Source of the DNA: a virus
Taxonomy: Duplodnaviria; Caudoviricetes
Virus record (IMG/VR): IMGVR_UViG_3300048849_000172
Coordinates: 1 to 51,631 of that record
Direction: 5' to 3' (one strand)
DNA length: 51,631 bases
Shown here: positions 1-7,801 of the stretch, piece by piece
Layout of the letters: every line of letters begins with the position of its first letter
Numbering within the stretch: position 1 is the stretch's first letter
The notes under the pieces: model-generated
Databases searched by the model: none
What the model saw: the letters and a program-made list of their open reading frames with translations, nothing else
Told to the model about the DNA's origin: nothing
Made by a program: the position numbers and the translations under genes

Positions 1-381
1 TTACAATTCCGGCGAGTTTACAGGGCGGTTGCCAGCCTCGATCGCTGCTTCTGCCTCGCGCTCAAGCTGGTACCGCAATCCGATTAAAGCGCCGTTCTCA
101 TTCCATCGCGGCGCAAGTTTTCGGATGTATTCGCGCTCCAGCGCCAGGAGCATTTCGGGTTCGCATGGGATCCAGTGCCAAGCCTGGAATTTCCGCGTTC
201 GGGCATGCTGGGCGACCCTCGCATAGACGTCCGTCGATTGCCCGACGTACATCACCTCCCTTTGGTAGATCAGGAAGTAAACACCTGATCGAGAACTAGG
301 CCATGGCACTGCCTTTTCGGCTATTTTGTCGTGCCCCAGGAGCCGATGCCGGCGCTGATACTTGCGAGGTCGTTCGCTCAT
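1..381 (-). CDS. GIY-YIG nuclease family protein
   Basis: SGVYFL-x7-YVGQS...R..QH and LEREYIRKLAPRWN match GIY-YIG motifs; overlaps integrase 3' end. Confidence 0.75.
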   Translation of the reverse strand: MSERPRKYQRRHRLLGHDKIAEKAVPWPSSRSGVYFLIYQREVMYVGQSTDVYARVAQHARTRKFQAWHWIPCEPEMLLALEREYIRKLAPRWNENGALIGLRYQLEREAEAAIEAGNRPVNSPEL

Positions 382-1522
382 CTGCTTCCATCTTGGCCTT
401 CGCCGCTGCTCTTCCGGTCACACCCGAGGCTTTGGTCCGATTCCCGGAAGCCTCCGCTTCCGACAAAATTCCTCCGAAGATCGTGACCAATTGCTCGGCA
501 GCCTCGCGCGCCAGGTCGTAGCCGATCGCTCCGCGGGTATAGACCTCATACTGGGCGTCGCTTTCATGGCCCGTGAGGCTGCGACCCGTCGGGCTGGATA
601 CGCCTGCCATGGTGAGGGCGGTCGGGCCGGTGGCCCGAAGGCCGTGGAGCGTGTACCGCGGTAAGCCCAGCCGCCGGAGCATGCGCCGCAGCATCTCCTG
701 GGCATTGCTGAGCGTCCACGCCTCAGCGCGTGGTGTGGCAAGCAGCACATCCTCCCGCCGGCCTTTCATGGCGGCGAAGGCGGCTGCGAGGGCATCAGGG
801 ACGTGCAGGACCATGGGCTTGTCGGTCTTGCTCTGGACAAAGGAGAGCGTCCTTGCGTCCTCGTTGTAGGCGGCCGGCCGCATGGACGTGACGTCCCCGC
901 CACGCTGGGCGGTCAGCAGGTAGCAGAAGAGCAGGGCCCGGAACTCGGGGGTCGCCTCTCGCAGGACCGCCAGCAGCACTCCTCGGGGCCAGGGTCGATT
1001 CTGATCCGACTTCCCCTTGACCCGGAGCCTCTTCACCTCGGCAAGCGGGCTCGCGGGCAGTGCCTTGGGGTGAAGCCTTCGGTAATGCGCGATGACGAGC
1101 TGCATGTGTGACTTCAGCCGATTCCAGTCGGCCGGGCGCGCCCCGTATTTGGCCCGCAGCGCCTCCCACCAGGGCGAATCCAGATTCGCGAGCTTCAGGG
1201 GGCCGAATTTGGCCCGGAACGGCTCCAGCGAGTGCCGGTAGTGGCGCTGAGTAGCAGGGGCGAGTTGCTGAAAGTCGGCACCGCCCAGATAGGCGGCTAT
1301 TGCTGCCTCTACCGTGCCATCGTCCGGCCGCTCGCGCTTCGGCCCGGCCTCATAAAGGGCATGGATTCGGTCGTAGGCAGCGAGGAAGGCGGCGCTTCCC
1401 TCCGGGCTTGGCAGCGGCGTCCGCTTCTCGTCGCGACGGTAATAGAGATAGACCCGATCACCCTTTCGGATTGCCTGGACGTGGGGAAGCCTGCCGCCGG
1501 AGCGGGGGTGGGGTGAAGTCAT
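296..1522 (-). CDS. int: Tyrosine recombinase / phage integrase
   Basis: TAQRGGD (box I Arg), QSKT, HGLRAT (HxxR), LTGH...EVY catalytic residues; start set at ATG 1522 (ORF open to 1591). Confidence 0.93.
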   Translation of the reverse strand: MTSPHPRSGGRLPHVQAIRKGDRVYLYYRRDEKRTPLPSPEGSAAFLAAYDRIHALYEAGPKRERPDDGTVEAAIAAYLGGADFQQLAPATQRHYRHSLEPFRAKFGPLKLANLDSPWWEALRAKYGARPADWNRLKSHMQLVIAHYRRLHPKALPASPLAEVKRLRVKGKSDQNRPWPRGVLLAVLREATPEFRALLFCYLLTAQRGGDVTSMRPAAYNEDARTLSFVQSKTDKPMVLHVPDALAAAFAAMKGRREDVLLATPRAEAWTLSNAQEMLRRMLRRLGLPRYTLHGLRATGPTALTMAGVSSPTGRSLTGHESDAQYEVYTRGAIGYDLAREAAEQLVTIFGGILSEAEASGNRTKASGVTGRAAAKAKMEADERTTSQVSAPASAPGARQNSRKGSAMA

Positions 1523-1787
1523 CAAGGGCTTCCATGGCGGCGTTCCGGGCCGCCTCATCCTGTTGTGTGGGGGCGAGGGCGTCGAGTCCATAGAGGCGGC
1601 CGGTCACTGCCTCCAACTCGAATCGATGCCAGCGGGGCATCTCCACCGGAGCGAACGCCCTGGGTGGCGGAAAGACCTGCGCCTTCACCAATGCGCGAAA
1701 ATCCCGGCGGGTGTAGCCGGTGAAGCGCGCGGCCATGGTCTCGTCCATGAGGAGCGGCCAGCCGGGCAGGGAGGAGCCGTCAGGCAT
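1458..1787 (-). CDS. Excisionase-like winged-helix protein
   Basis: WPLLMDETMAARFTG...FPPP...RWHRFELE pattern typical of Xis/AlpA; directly upstream of int. Confidence 0.7.
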   Translation of the reverse strand: MPDGSSLPGWPLLMDETMAARFTGYTRRDFRALVKAQVFPPPRAFAPVEMPRWHRFELEAVTGRLYGLDALAPTQQDEAARNAAMEALDDFTPPPLRRQASPRPGNPKG

Positions 1788-2064
1788 CGGACCCCTCCAC
1801 CCCCGGCACCCCGGCGGCCTTGGATAGTTCCTCTCTGGCGCGCCGCTCCCAATCGGCCAGGTCGCGGTCGTATTGCTCTTGCGCCCAGAGAGGGACCGTT
1901 GCCGAGCGGGTCGCGCTCAGGTCGCCCCGGACATGTCGGCACCATTGACCGTGCATCTCGTCGAGTTTCCGAGCCCGGACGCAAAGGTCCAGGCCTTCGG
2001 AGAGGAGCAGGCGGGCCGGATCTATCCCCCGCCCCGCGCCGTCCTGGCTCTGGTCAGGGGGCAT
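1780..2064 (-). CDS. Hypothetical phage protein
   Basis: 94 aa ORF overlapping both neighbours in the leftward operon. Confidence 0.6.
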   Translation of the reverse strand: MPPDQSQDGAGRGIDPARLLLSEGLDLCVRARKLDEMHGQWCRHVRGDLSATRSATVPLWAQEQYDRDLADWERRAREELSKAAGVPGVEGSDA

Positions 2065-2528
2065 CAGTAGTCACCCCCGCTGCTGCTGGAGGACGAGCTA
2101 CTGTCGGAGCTGGATGAGCTACTAGAGCCGCTGTCGTAGGACGACGACGGCGAGGATGAGGAAGACGGCCCGCTGTCACAGCTGTGCGGACTACTGTGGC
2201 TCGTCGGCGAGCAATCGGACGGAGGCGGGGAAGTGGGCGGGGATGGCGCGCAGTTGTCGGAGGCCGGTGGCGACGGGACATCGGGCTGATTGGCTAGGTT
2301 GAGCGGCGAGAGAGGGTTCAGCAGCCCGATGGGGTTGAGCGGACTGAGCGGGTCCGTCATTGGGTCCGGCGTGCTGGACGAGATGGGGTAGTGGGACGCG
2401 GTGGCCGTCTCTGCTCGCCGGCGGGCGCGCCGATCCTTTTCGTCCTGCCATGCGCGCTTCTTCGCCGCACTCCACCAGAAGGGCGGAGCGGGCCGGTCCA
2501 GATCGGCGTCTGTGAAGCTGTAGCTCAT
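2064..2528 (-). CDS. Ser/Pro-rich low-complexity phage protein
   Basis: Start MSYSFTD overlaps upstream stop (ATGA); NPLSPLN repeats and poly-Ser C-terminus. Confidence 0.65.
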   Translation of the reverse strand: MSYSFTDADLDRPAPPFWWSAAKKRAWQDEKDRRARRRAETATASHYPISSSTPDPMTDPLSPLNPIGLLNPLSPLNLANQPDVPSPPASDNCAPSPPTSPPPSDCSPTSHSSPHSCDSGPSSSSSPSSSYDSGSSSSSSSDSSSSSSSSGGDY

Positions 2529-2911
2529 GCCTTGGTCTCCCCCACGACCTGGCTGGGGCGGGTGCCGCGGGCGCGGATCGTGGTAGTATGCACCGCCGTA
2601 GGCTTGCTCTGGCGCAAGAGAATGGCGAGGCCACGCACCAGGGACGGGATGGCCACGCCCACACGCTTGGCCGTGCCGTCCACCGTCTCCATCTCTGCCA
2701 CGCAGCGGCGCAGCTCCTCCAGCATCGGCTCCGTCCAGCGCACCGGGCCGTGCTGCTCCCGGGCGAGAGAGATGCCGAGGCGCCGGGCGGTGGCACGCGC
2801 CCCCTCTGGCGTGGTGCCGACCCGCTCGGCCAGTTGCGCCGAGGTGAGGGGGCCATAGGCCAGGGCATCCCTTACGGCGGCCTTTAACTCTCCGTGTGCC
2901 TTGCGGATCAT
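2525..2911 (-). CDS. HTH-containing hypothetical protein
   Basis: LTSAQLAERVGTT HTH-like segment; coupled to neighbours. Confidence 0.55.
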   Translation of the reverse strand: MIRKAHGELKAAVRDALAYGPLTSAQLAERVGTTPEGARATARRLGISLAREQHGPVRWTEPMLEELRRCVAEMETVDGTAKRVGVAIPSLVRGLAILLRQSKPTAVHTTTIRARGTRPSQVVGETKA

Positions 2912-3588
2912 GCGGCCTCCAGTGGCCGATCGCCGGGAAAGTCGTCATCAGCAGGCGCCTTGTCCTCATCGCGGGGCAGGGCATCCAGCGCGGCCGACAC
3001 CGCCTGATCCACCTCGGCCGCCAGCTCGGGCCGCTTGGACCGCAGCCAAGCCCGCTGCTCAACCACCTTCGGATCGCCCGTGATCGCCTCCAGCACCTCG
3101 GCGCTGTCGGCGTCCTTGATGCGCTGGATCAGGGCGTGCGTAACCTCCACTGCCTTGTCCTGCTTCGGCACGGCGGCGCTATCCCGCTGCTGCGGCGCTC
3201 CTCGTAGCGGCTTCACCACGTAGGGTGCGCGCCGCGCCTTCGTCACCGTCAGCGCCATCACCATGTCCCGCTCGATGTGCGACATGTGGCTGATGCGGAT
3301 GCCGCCCACCTCCATGCCGCCAAAGGCCACCTTGGGGTCGCGGTAGAGCGTCATGGAGCGGCCGCTGTACTGCGCAGCATCTGCGCCCCAGGCGGCGATC
3401 ATCACCCGGCGCATCGACTTGCAGGGCAGGTATGGCTTGCCCTCGTCGCCCTCGAATGAAATCGCGACGGGCTGCTCGCCATTTCCGGTGCCGCCCACCC
3501 GCGTGATGGTGATGGTGCGCGGCCCGGCAATGAGGTCATCGGCATTGATCTGGTTGCTCTTCGGGGCAACCGTGGTGGACATGTCCAT
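2908..3588 (-). CDS. Conserved phage protein, candidate ssDNA-binding/annealing partner of the exonuclease
   Basis: PKSNQINADDLI...GGIRISHMS; translationally coupled to YqaJ gene; acidic DDDFP near the C-terminus. Confidence 0.6.
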   Translation of the reverse strand: MDMSTTVAPKSNQINADDLIAGPRTITITRVGGTGNGEQPVAISFEGDEGKPYLPCKSMRRVMIAAWGADAAQYSGRSMTLYRDPKVAFGGMEVGGIRISHMSHIERDMVMALTVTKARRAPYVVKPLRGAPQQRDSAAVPKQDKAVEVTHALIQRIKDADSAEVLEAITGDPKVVEQRAWLRSKRPELAAEVDQAVSAALDALPRDEDKAPADDDFPGDRPLEAA

Positions 3589-4280
3589 CAGATCACCATC
3601 TCCTGTTCGATGCGTCGTTCGGTTGGGATGAGGCGGGCGCCGGATTTGCAGGTGGCCCGGTAGCGCGCGAGCTTGGCGACGAGCCGGGCCTCGAAAGTCG
3701 CCGAGGCCTCAAGAATGGCTTCCTGCACCTTCGGGTCTGGGAACACGCGGACGGTCACCATGGGCAGGCCGCCGCAGTAGCTGATGAAGTCGATCCATTG
3801 GCGCTCGGACACGAGCAGACCGGTCTGCACCTGAAGGACGAACTCCTCCGGGATGATGCCCTCCGGCAGCAGGTCCGCGATGGTCTGCACCTGGAACTTG
3901 GCCCGCCGCGACTTGCACTCGATCGCGCCGTCCTCATTCACCAGCCCGTCTGGCGAGTAGCCAAGGCGGAACCCCCACTTGTCATTGGTGATAAAGCCCA
4001 TCTGCTGAACCGGGCCGTAATGCTCGGCGTAGAGGTCGCGGGCGTAGATCTCATCAACCTGACCGCGGAGCATGTCGTCGCTCTGGTAGTGGGGCTCGAC
4101 GTAGCCGGTCAGGCGCTGGGCAGCGAGCTCGCAGAGGTGCGCACGCTCCTTGTCGTTGCTGGCGACCTTCAGCGTCGGCGTCAGGATCAGCTTCATTTCC
4201 GAGGCGGTCAGCAGGCCGCAGCGCGCCTGCAGCCATTCCTCGGAACCCTGCACGAGGTCGGGGTAGTAGCGGATGCCCAC
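3588..4280 (-). CDS. YqaJ / lambda exonuclease family recombination nuclease
   Basis: QGSEEWLQARCGLLTAS, YSPDGLV, IECK, QVQTGL motifs. Confidence 0.92.
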   Translation of the reverse strand: MGIRYYPDLVQGSEEWLQARCGLLTASEMKLILTPTLKVASNDKERAHLCELAAQRLTGYVEPHYQSDDMLRGQVDEIYARDLYAEHYGPVQQMGFITNDKWGFRLGYSPDGLVNEDGAIECKSRRAKFQVQTIADLLPEGIIPEEFVLQVQTGLLVSERQWIDFISYCGGLPMVTVRVFPDPKVQEAILEASATFEARLVAKLARYRATCKSGARLIPTERRIEQEMVI

Positions 4281-4281
4281 C

Positions 4282-4404
4282 TCACCCTCCCACGCACGCC
4301 AGAGCGACGAACAGCAGGGCGATGGTGGCGCCCCGGATGAGGCGGCGACGCCGCATGGGCTGACGCCAGGAGGGGGCGGGGTTGGCCCAGGTTGCGGGGA
4401 ACAT
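4282..4404 (-). CDS. Small membrane peptide (40 aa)
   Basis: Own translation MFPATWANPAPSWRQPMRRRRLIRGATIALLFVALACVGG fills the gap; start overlaps upstream stop. Confidence 0.5.
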   Translation of the reverse strand: MFPATWANPAPSWRQPMRRRRLIRGATIALLFVALACVGG

Positions 4405-4718
4405 CACGCCACGTCCTCCATTTCCTTAGCGATCCGGTGCGCCAGTCTGTCCATCCGGACGAGGTTGCGATGCGCCCAGCGCGCGATCCGTGCCTGCTCC
4501 GGCGACGCGCTGCCGTTCTCGACGCGCTCCTGCAGACGGCCCAGCACGTTCTCCAGCCGCATGTCGGTCTCGCTGCGGTTGTTGATGGCGATGCCGAGCG
4601 TGAAGAGTTCGTCGTCCAGGGCGGCGCAGGCGTCAGCGGCGCGCTCGTGGCGCAGATCCCGGCTTGTCGGCGAGAGGCTGCTCGGGGCGGCAGTCTCGGG
4701 GCGGGTGTAGGCGTTCAT
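4404..4718 (-). CDS. Hypothetical phage protein
   Basis: 104 aa, GGAGG RBS, coupled to neighbours. Confidence 0.6.
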   Translation of the reverse strand: MNAYTRPETAAPSSLSPTSRDLRHERAADACAALDDELFTLGIAINNRSETDMRLENVLGRLQERVENGSASPEQARIARWAHRNLVRMDRLAHRIAKEMEDVA

Positions 4719-5500
4719 TGCGCGTCCTCCTTCCCCGGGGACGCGGCGGCGGGGTGGGTGAACTTCTGTTCGGCGAGCACGCAGAGCAGCGAGCAGTCCA
4801 TGTCGGGCTCCTGGTCACCGGCACCGGCGTCGGCCGGTAGCTCGTCCAGGAAGATCCGCTCCTTGTGCAGCTCGACCAGTCGGCAGCCGATATCTCGCGA
4901 CAACTTGGCGCGGCGCTCGAACACGTCTGGGAAGTGTCGGCGGACACGGTTCCAGTAAGCGGGCGAGGTGGCCTTCACACAGCCGATGCAGTTGGCGTTC
5001 TTGAAGCCCAGCCGGTACATGGCCGGTATTTCAATGCCTGCGCGGTCGGACATTCCCAGGCAATCGGCCTTCCGCAGCCTTTCGCTAATCAGCGGCGAGG
5101 CGAGTTTTACCTCCGGGTTTCCGGCCTTGAAGCGGTCTACCCGATCCTGCTCCTCGGCCGTGTAGCCGAAGACCTGAAGGTCGGGTCGGAACTCGCGCTC
5201 GAACGCCCAGCGCACCGCCTTCTTCATCTCGATGGTGCAGGGCGCGCCATTCGGGCCGGCCATGTAGCGACGCTTCGACCAGACCTCCTCGCAGCTCGCG
5301 TATTCGGCGCTGCGAAGGTTCAGTATCGGGCGGCCGAACCACTCCTCGCAGTCGGCGGCGAAGCGGTCATTGTCCTCGTGCTCTTCTGGGACGATGCAGC
5401 GAGCAACGACCACCTCTTGGTTGTGATAACGGGCCAGGGCGAGCCTCGTAGCTACGGCCGAGGCAGCGCCGGCGCTGAACCAGCAGACGATCCGCATCAC
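4715..5500 (-). CDS. PAPS-reductase-like / PP-loop family protein with probable Fe-S cluster
   Basis: WFSAGAASAVA PP-loop variant, PCTIEMKK, NANCIGCVKA, DCSLLC cysteine motifs. Confidence 0.75.
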   Translation of the reverse strand: MMRIVCWFSAGAASAVATRLALARYHNQEVVVARCIVPEEHEDNDRFAADCEEWFGRPILNLRSAEYASCEEVWSKRRYMAGPNGAPCTIEMKKAVRWAFEREFRPDLQVFGYTAEEQDRVDRFKAGNPEVKLASPLISERLRKADCLGMSDRAGIEIPAMYRLGFKNANCIGCVKATSPAYWNRVRRHFPDVFERRAKLSRDIGCRLVELHKERIFLDELPADAGAGDQEPDMDCSLLCVLAEQKFTHPAAASPGKEDAQ

Positions 5501-5862
5501 GCCCCTCCCTTCCTCACCCCGTCGAGGGCGGCGCGGAGTTCTGCATCGAACATGGACGCGACCTTGAGGGCTTCCGGGCTCAAGGCTGCTGCGCCGGTGT
5601 CCTCACCAAGCATCTGCGACATCGACACGCCGAAGGCTCGCGCGAGGGCCTGCACCATGTGCACCGTCGGGCTGCGTTGCCGGCATTTCTCAATTGCCCA
5701 GATGTGGGACTTCGACGTGTCCGCGCGGGCGGCAACCTCGTCCAACGTCAGGCCACGCTCTTCGCGATACTGCTTCGTCCGGGCGGCGATGGTCCGCACA
5801 AGATTGCATAGCCTCGCCTCATCCAGCTCCGCGGCAGGTGGGGTGGGGGAGGGGGTGGTCAC
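5497..5862 (-). CDS. XRE-family HTH regulator
   Basis: REERGLTLDEVAARADTSKSHIWAIE...SPT...LARAFGVS; GTG start overlaps upstream TGA. Confidence 0.85.
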   Translation of the reverse strand: MTTPSPTPPAAELDEARLCNLVRTIAARTKQYREERGLTLDEVAARADTSKSHIWAIEKCRQRSPTVHMVQALARAFGVSMSQMLGEDTGAAALSPEALKVASMFDAELRAALDGVRKGGA

Positions 5863-6119
5863 TGCTGCGCCTCGAACAGGTCGATCAGCGCCTGCAGATC
5901 GCTCGCCTCGGCGGTGTGATGCGCCTTCGTCCGTGCGCCTACTGCGTGCCATGCCCAGAAAAGCTGCTGCACCTTCTCGCGGCGCAGGATCCGCACGAGG
6001 TTGGCGCGCTGCTCCAGCGTCAGGCGCTGCTCGGGGCGGAGCTGCTCGGCAGCGACGGCGTCCAGCATCCGCGCGACAGGCGGCGCGGGACGGGTGAGGG
6101 TGCTTTCTGCGGCTTCCAT
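5859..6119 (-). CDS. First gene of leftward early operon, hypothetical
   Basis: 86 aa, GAGGA RBS, just downstream of predicted PL. Confidence 0.6.
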   Translation of the reverse strand: MEAAESTLTRPAPPVARMLDAVAAEQLRPEQRLTLEQRANLVRILRREKVQQLFWAWHAVGARTKAHHTAEASDLQALIDLFEAQQ

Positions 6120-6162
6120 GGGTGGGTCCTCATCCCGGCCGGGTTGGCCGGTGGTGAGGGAG

Positions 6163-6215
6163 AGTGTGGTATAGATACGCTACACCGTCAAGGTGATGGT
6201 GTAGGATAGATACAC
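6163..6215 (-). promoter_or_regulatory. PL-like promoter with two repressor operators
   Basis: Minus strand TTGACG (6191-6186)-N17-CACACT (6168-6163); operators GTATAG-N5-CTACAC 6169-6185 and GTGTAG-N5-ATACAC 6199-6215. Confidence 0.75.
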
Positions 6216-6349
6216 TTTCGCCTTTGACGACCCATCGATTGATCGGCTGGGTGGGACAAGTTCCCCTACACTCCGGGCACTGAAGTCCCCGCCGGCCGGG
6301 GCGGGCGGGGTGGGAAATTTGGCAAACCTGCCGAACTAAGTAGCGGCCA

Positions 6350-6436
6350 AGCCCCGGCCCCTGCTGGCCTTCTGGGCGCGGGCTTTCCTGAAGATCACTG
6401 GGCCCGGCCGGAGCGATCCGGCTGGGCTCTTGTTGT
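6350..6436 (+). ncRNA. Candidate sRNA copy A with intrinsic terminator (5' end unknown)
   Basis: Repeat of 6932-7018; conserved GGCTTTCCTGAAGATCACT; 11-bp stem with GCGA loop and T-rich tail. Confidence 0.5.
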
Positions 6437-6533
6437 GGGGCGGCTCATGCAGGGTGCCGGGCAACCGAGGAAAGTCCGGATCATCTGGACGGAATGCACC
6501 CGTCCAGTCTGGGCGCGGTCTGTTTCGACGGTC

Positions 6534-6668
6534 TCAACTCGCCCTGCGTAGACGATCCCCCGCTGGGCTCTTTGAAGCCCAGCTATCGATCAGAATAGCG
6601 ATGACCGGGGTCAGGAGCGCCCAGGCAGGCAGGATCATCAGCGCGACAATGGTGGCGGCACGCATCAT
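6534..6668 (-). CDS. 44-aa single-TM peptide
   Basis: Own translation MMRAATIVALMILPAWALLTPVIAILIDSWASKSPAGDRLRRAS; GGAGG 5 nt upstream. Confidence 0.6.
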   Translation of the reverse strand: MMRAATIVALMILPAWALLTPVIAILIDSWASKSPAGDRLRRAS

Positions 6669-6709
6669 GGAAGCCTCCAAGGGCTTCACCCTCGCACCCT
6701 GCTATATGG

Positions 6710-6847
6710 GTGGGCTGGTAGGCCGCTCAACCAGAAACCCAGGTCTGCGCAGATGCGTTCGGGTGCCGTCCCTTCACGCATGGGACACTTCCCCTCAAGT
6801 GATAGTTTACCTCGCCCGGCGGGCCGATCCCCGCCGGGCTTTCTTCT
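6710..6847 (+). ncRNA. Candidate sRNA with C-rich loop and terminator
   Basis: Hairpins GTCCC..GGGAC and CACTT-CCCCTC-AAGTG (6786-6801), then 10-bp GC stem 6814-6839 plus TTTCTTCT. Confidence 0.45.
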
Positions 6848-6894
6848 GCCCGGGTAGAGGGGCGGGCGGGGTTGCGGGGAAAGAAACGGTACAG

Positions 6895-7018
6895 AAAGCG
6901 GTCCCAAACCTCGCTGGATGGGACGCGTTCGAGCCCCGGCCTCTGCTGACCTTTTCAGCAGAGGCTTTCCTGAAGATCACTCGGCCCGGCTGGAGCAATC
7001 CGGCCGGGCTCTTTTTTC
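6895..7018 (+). ncRNA. Candidate sRNA copy B with intrinsic terminator
   Basis: Three hairpins; last is 11-bp stem with GCAA loop plus T6; paralog of 6350-6436. Confidence 0.55.
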
Positions 7019-7121
7019 TGCGGCTGGCAGAGTAGTCGGGATAGGGATCGGTCGCGGCAGATTGTCCGTCCCAAGCCAGCGTCATCCTGGTTTTGGGCTG
7101 ACGGTCCGCGCATACAGGGGC

Positions 7122-7301
7122 ATGGACCCTACGGGACGCGCCGCTGATGCAATTCTGGACCTCTTGGCCGGTTCGTTGGACGAGTGCGCGAGGGATCTAG
7201 CCCAGGGCGACGTACCAGCCGCTCAGAAGAGGCTGGCCGAGGTTATGGACCAGTTGCGGCGGATTCGCCGGGATCTCAGGGAAGAGGGCGGTTCGGCGTA
7301 G
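7122..7301 (+). CDS. Small helical hypothetical protein (59 aa)
   Basis: MDPTGRAADAILDLL... amphipathic helices; part of ORF 6918..7301. Confidence 0.5.
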   Translation: MDPTGRAADAILDLLAGSLDECARDLAQGDVPAAQKRLAEVMDQLRRIRRDLREEGGSA

Positions 7302-7527
7302 AGTCCCTGAGCAAGGAAGGTCCGTCGGTCAGGGTGGAGAGGCCTAATACTTTGCGACAGGCTCCTGTTGGGGCGAATGCACTCCGCTATCCCGCGCGTG
7401 GAGCGGGACTGCTCATGCTCATTCGGCCTGATCTTGGTCCAGAGAGCTAGCAGCTCTTAAAGATCGGCGAACCGGGCTAGTGCCTGAAGTTCCTGGTTCC
7501 GGGTGAGGGGGACGCGAGGGTGGGTCA

Positions 7528-7686
7528 CTAGGCCTCATCGGCCAGCGCCCTAGTCAGCGTAAGCAGGATCTCGCGCTTCTCGGGGTTGAGCTTCGCCCAC
7601 AGGATCATGAGCTCTTCTTCCTCCGCCTGGATGGCCGGAGGCGCCAGGTCCTCAGCACACTCGACAGGATGGGCGTGTTCCTTCAC
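7528..7686 (-). CDS. 52-aa micro-protein, candidate SOS-controlled antirepressor
   Basis: Own translation (V/M)KEHAHPVECAEDLAPPAIQAEEEELMILWAKLNPEKREILLTLTRALADEA; LexA box upstream. Confidence 0.55.
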   Translation of the reverse strand: MKEHAHPVECAEDLAPPAIQAEEEELMILWAKLNPEKREILLTLTRALADEA

Positions 7687-7722
7687 CGGTATGTTCCTGC
7701 CGTGTCAAATTTTTGGACTCGT

Positions 7723-7737
7723 GTTCTTGTTGTGTTC
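7723..7737. promoter_or_regulatory. Alphaproteobacterial LexA (SOS) box
   Basis: GTTC-TTGTTGT-GTTC exact GTTC-N7-GTTC; TTGACA on minus strand at 7708-7703. Confidence 0.7.
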
Positions 7738-7801
7738 CCTTCATCCTCCCGTGGTGGTTGAGGCGATTCGGGAGGTTTGTGCGTGGAAGTCGGCATCCGA
7801 T

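Noticed and set aside
6467-6479. GAGGAAAGTCCGG, identical to the conserved CR-I motif of bacterial RNase P RNA
   Set aside because: No downstream ACAGAANCCGGCTTA-type strand to complete P4, and a similar GGAAAGTCC also occurs at 8184; not called rnpB
6920-6945. GTTCGAGCCCC resembling a tRNA T-loop
   Set aside because: No T-stem pairing or cloverleaf
6240-7020. Repeats considered as a mini-CRISPR or guide array
   Set aside because: Only two long degenerate copies with terminators, irregular spacing and no cas-like gene
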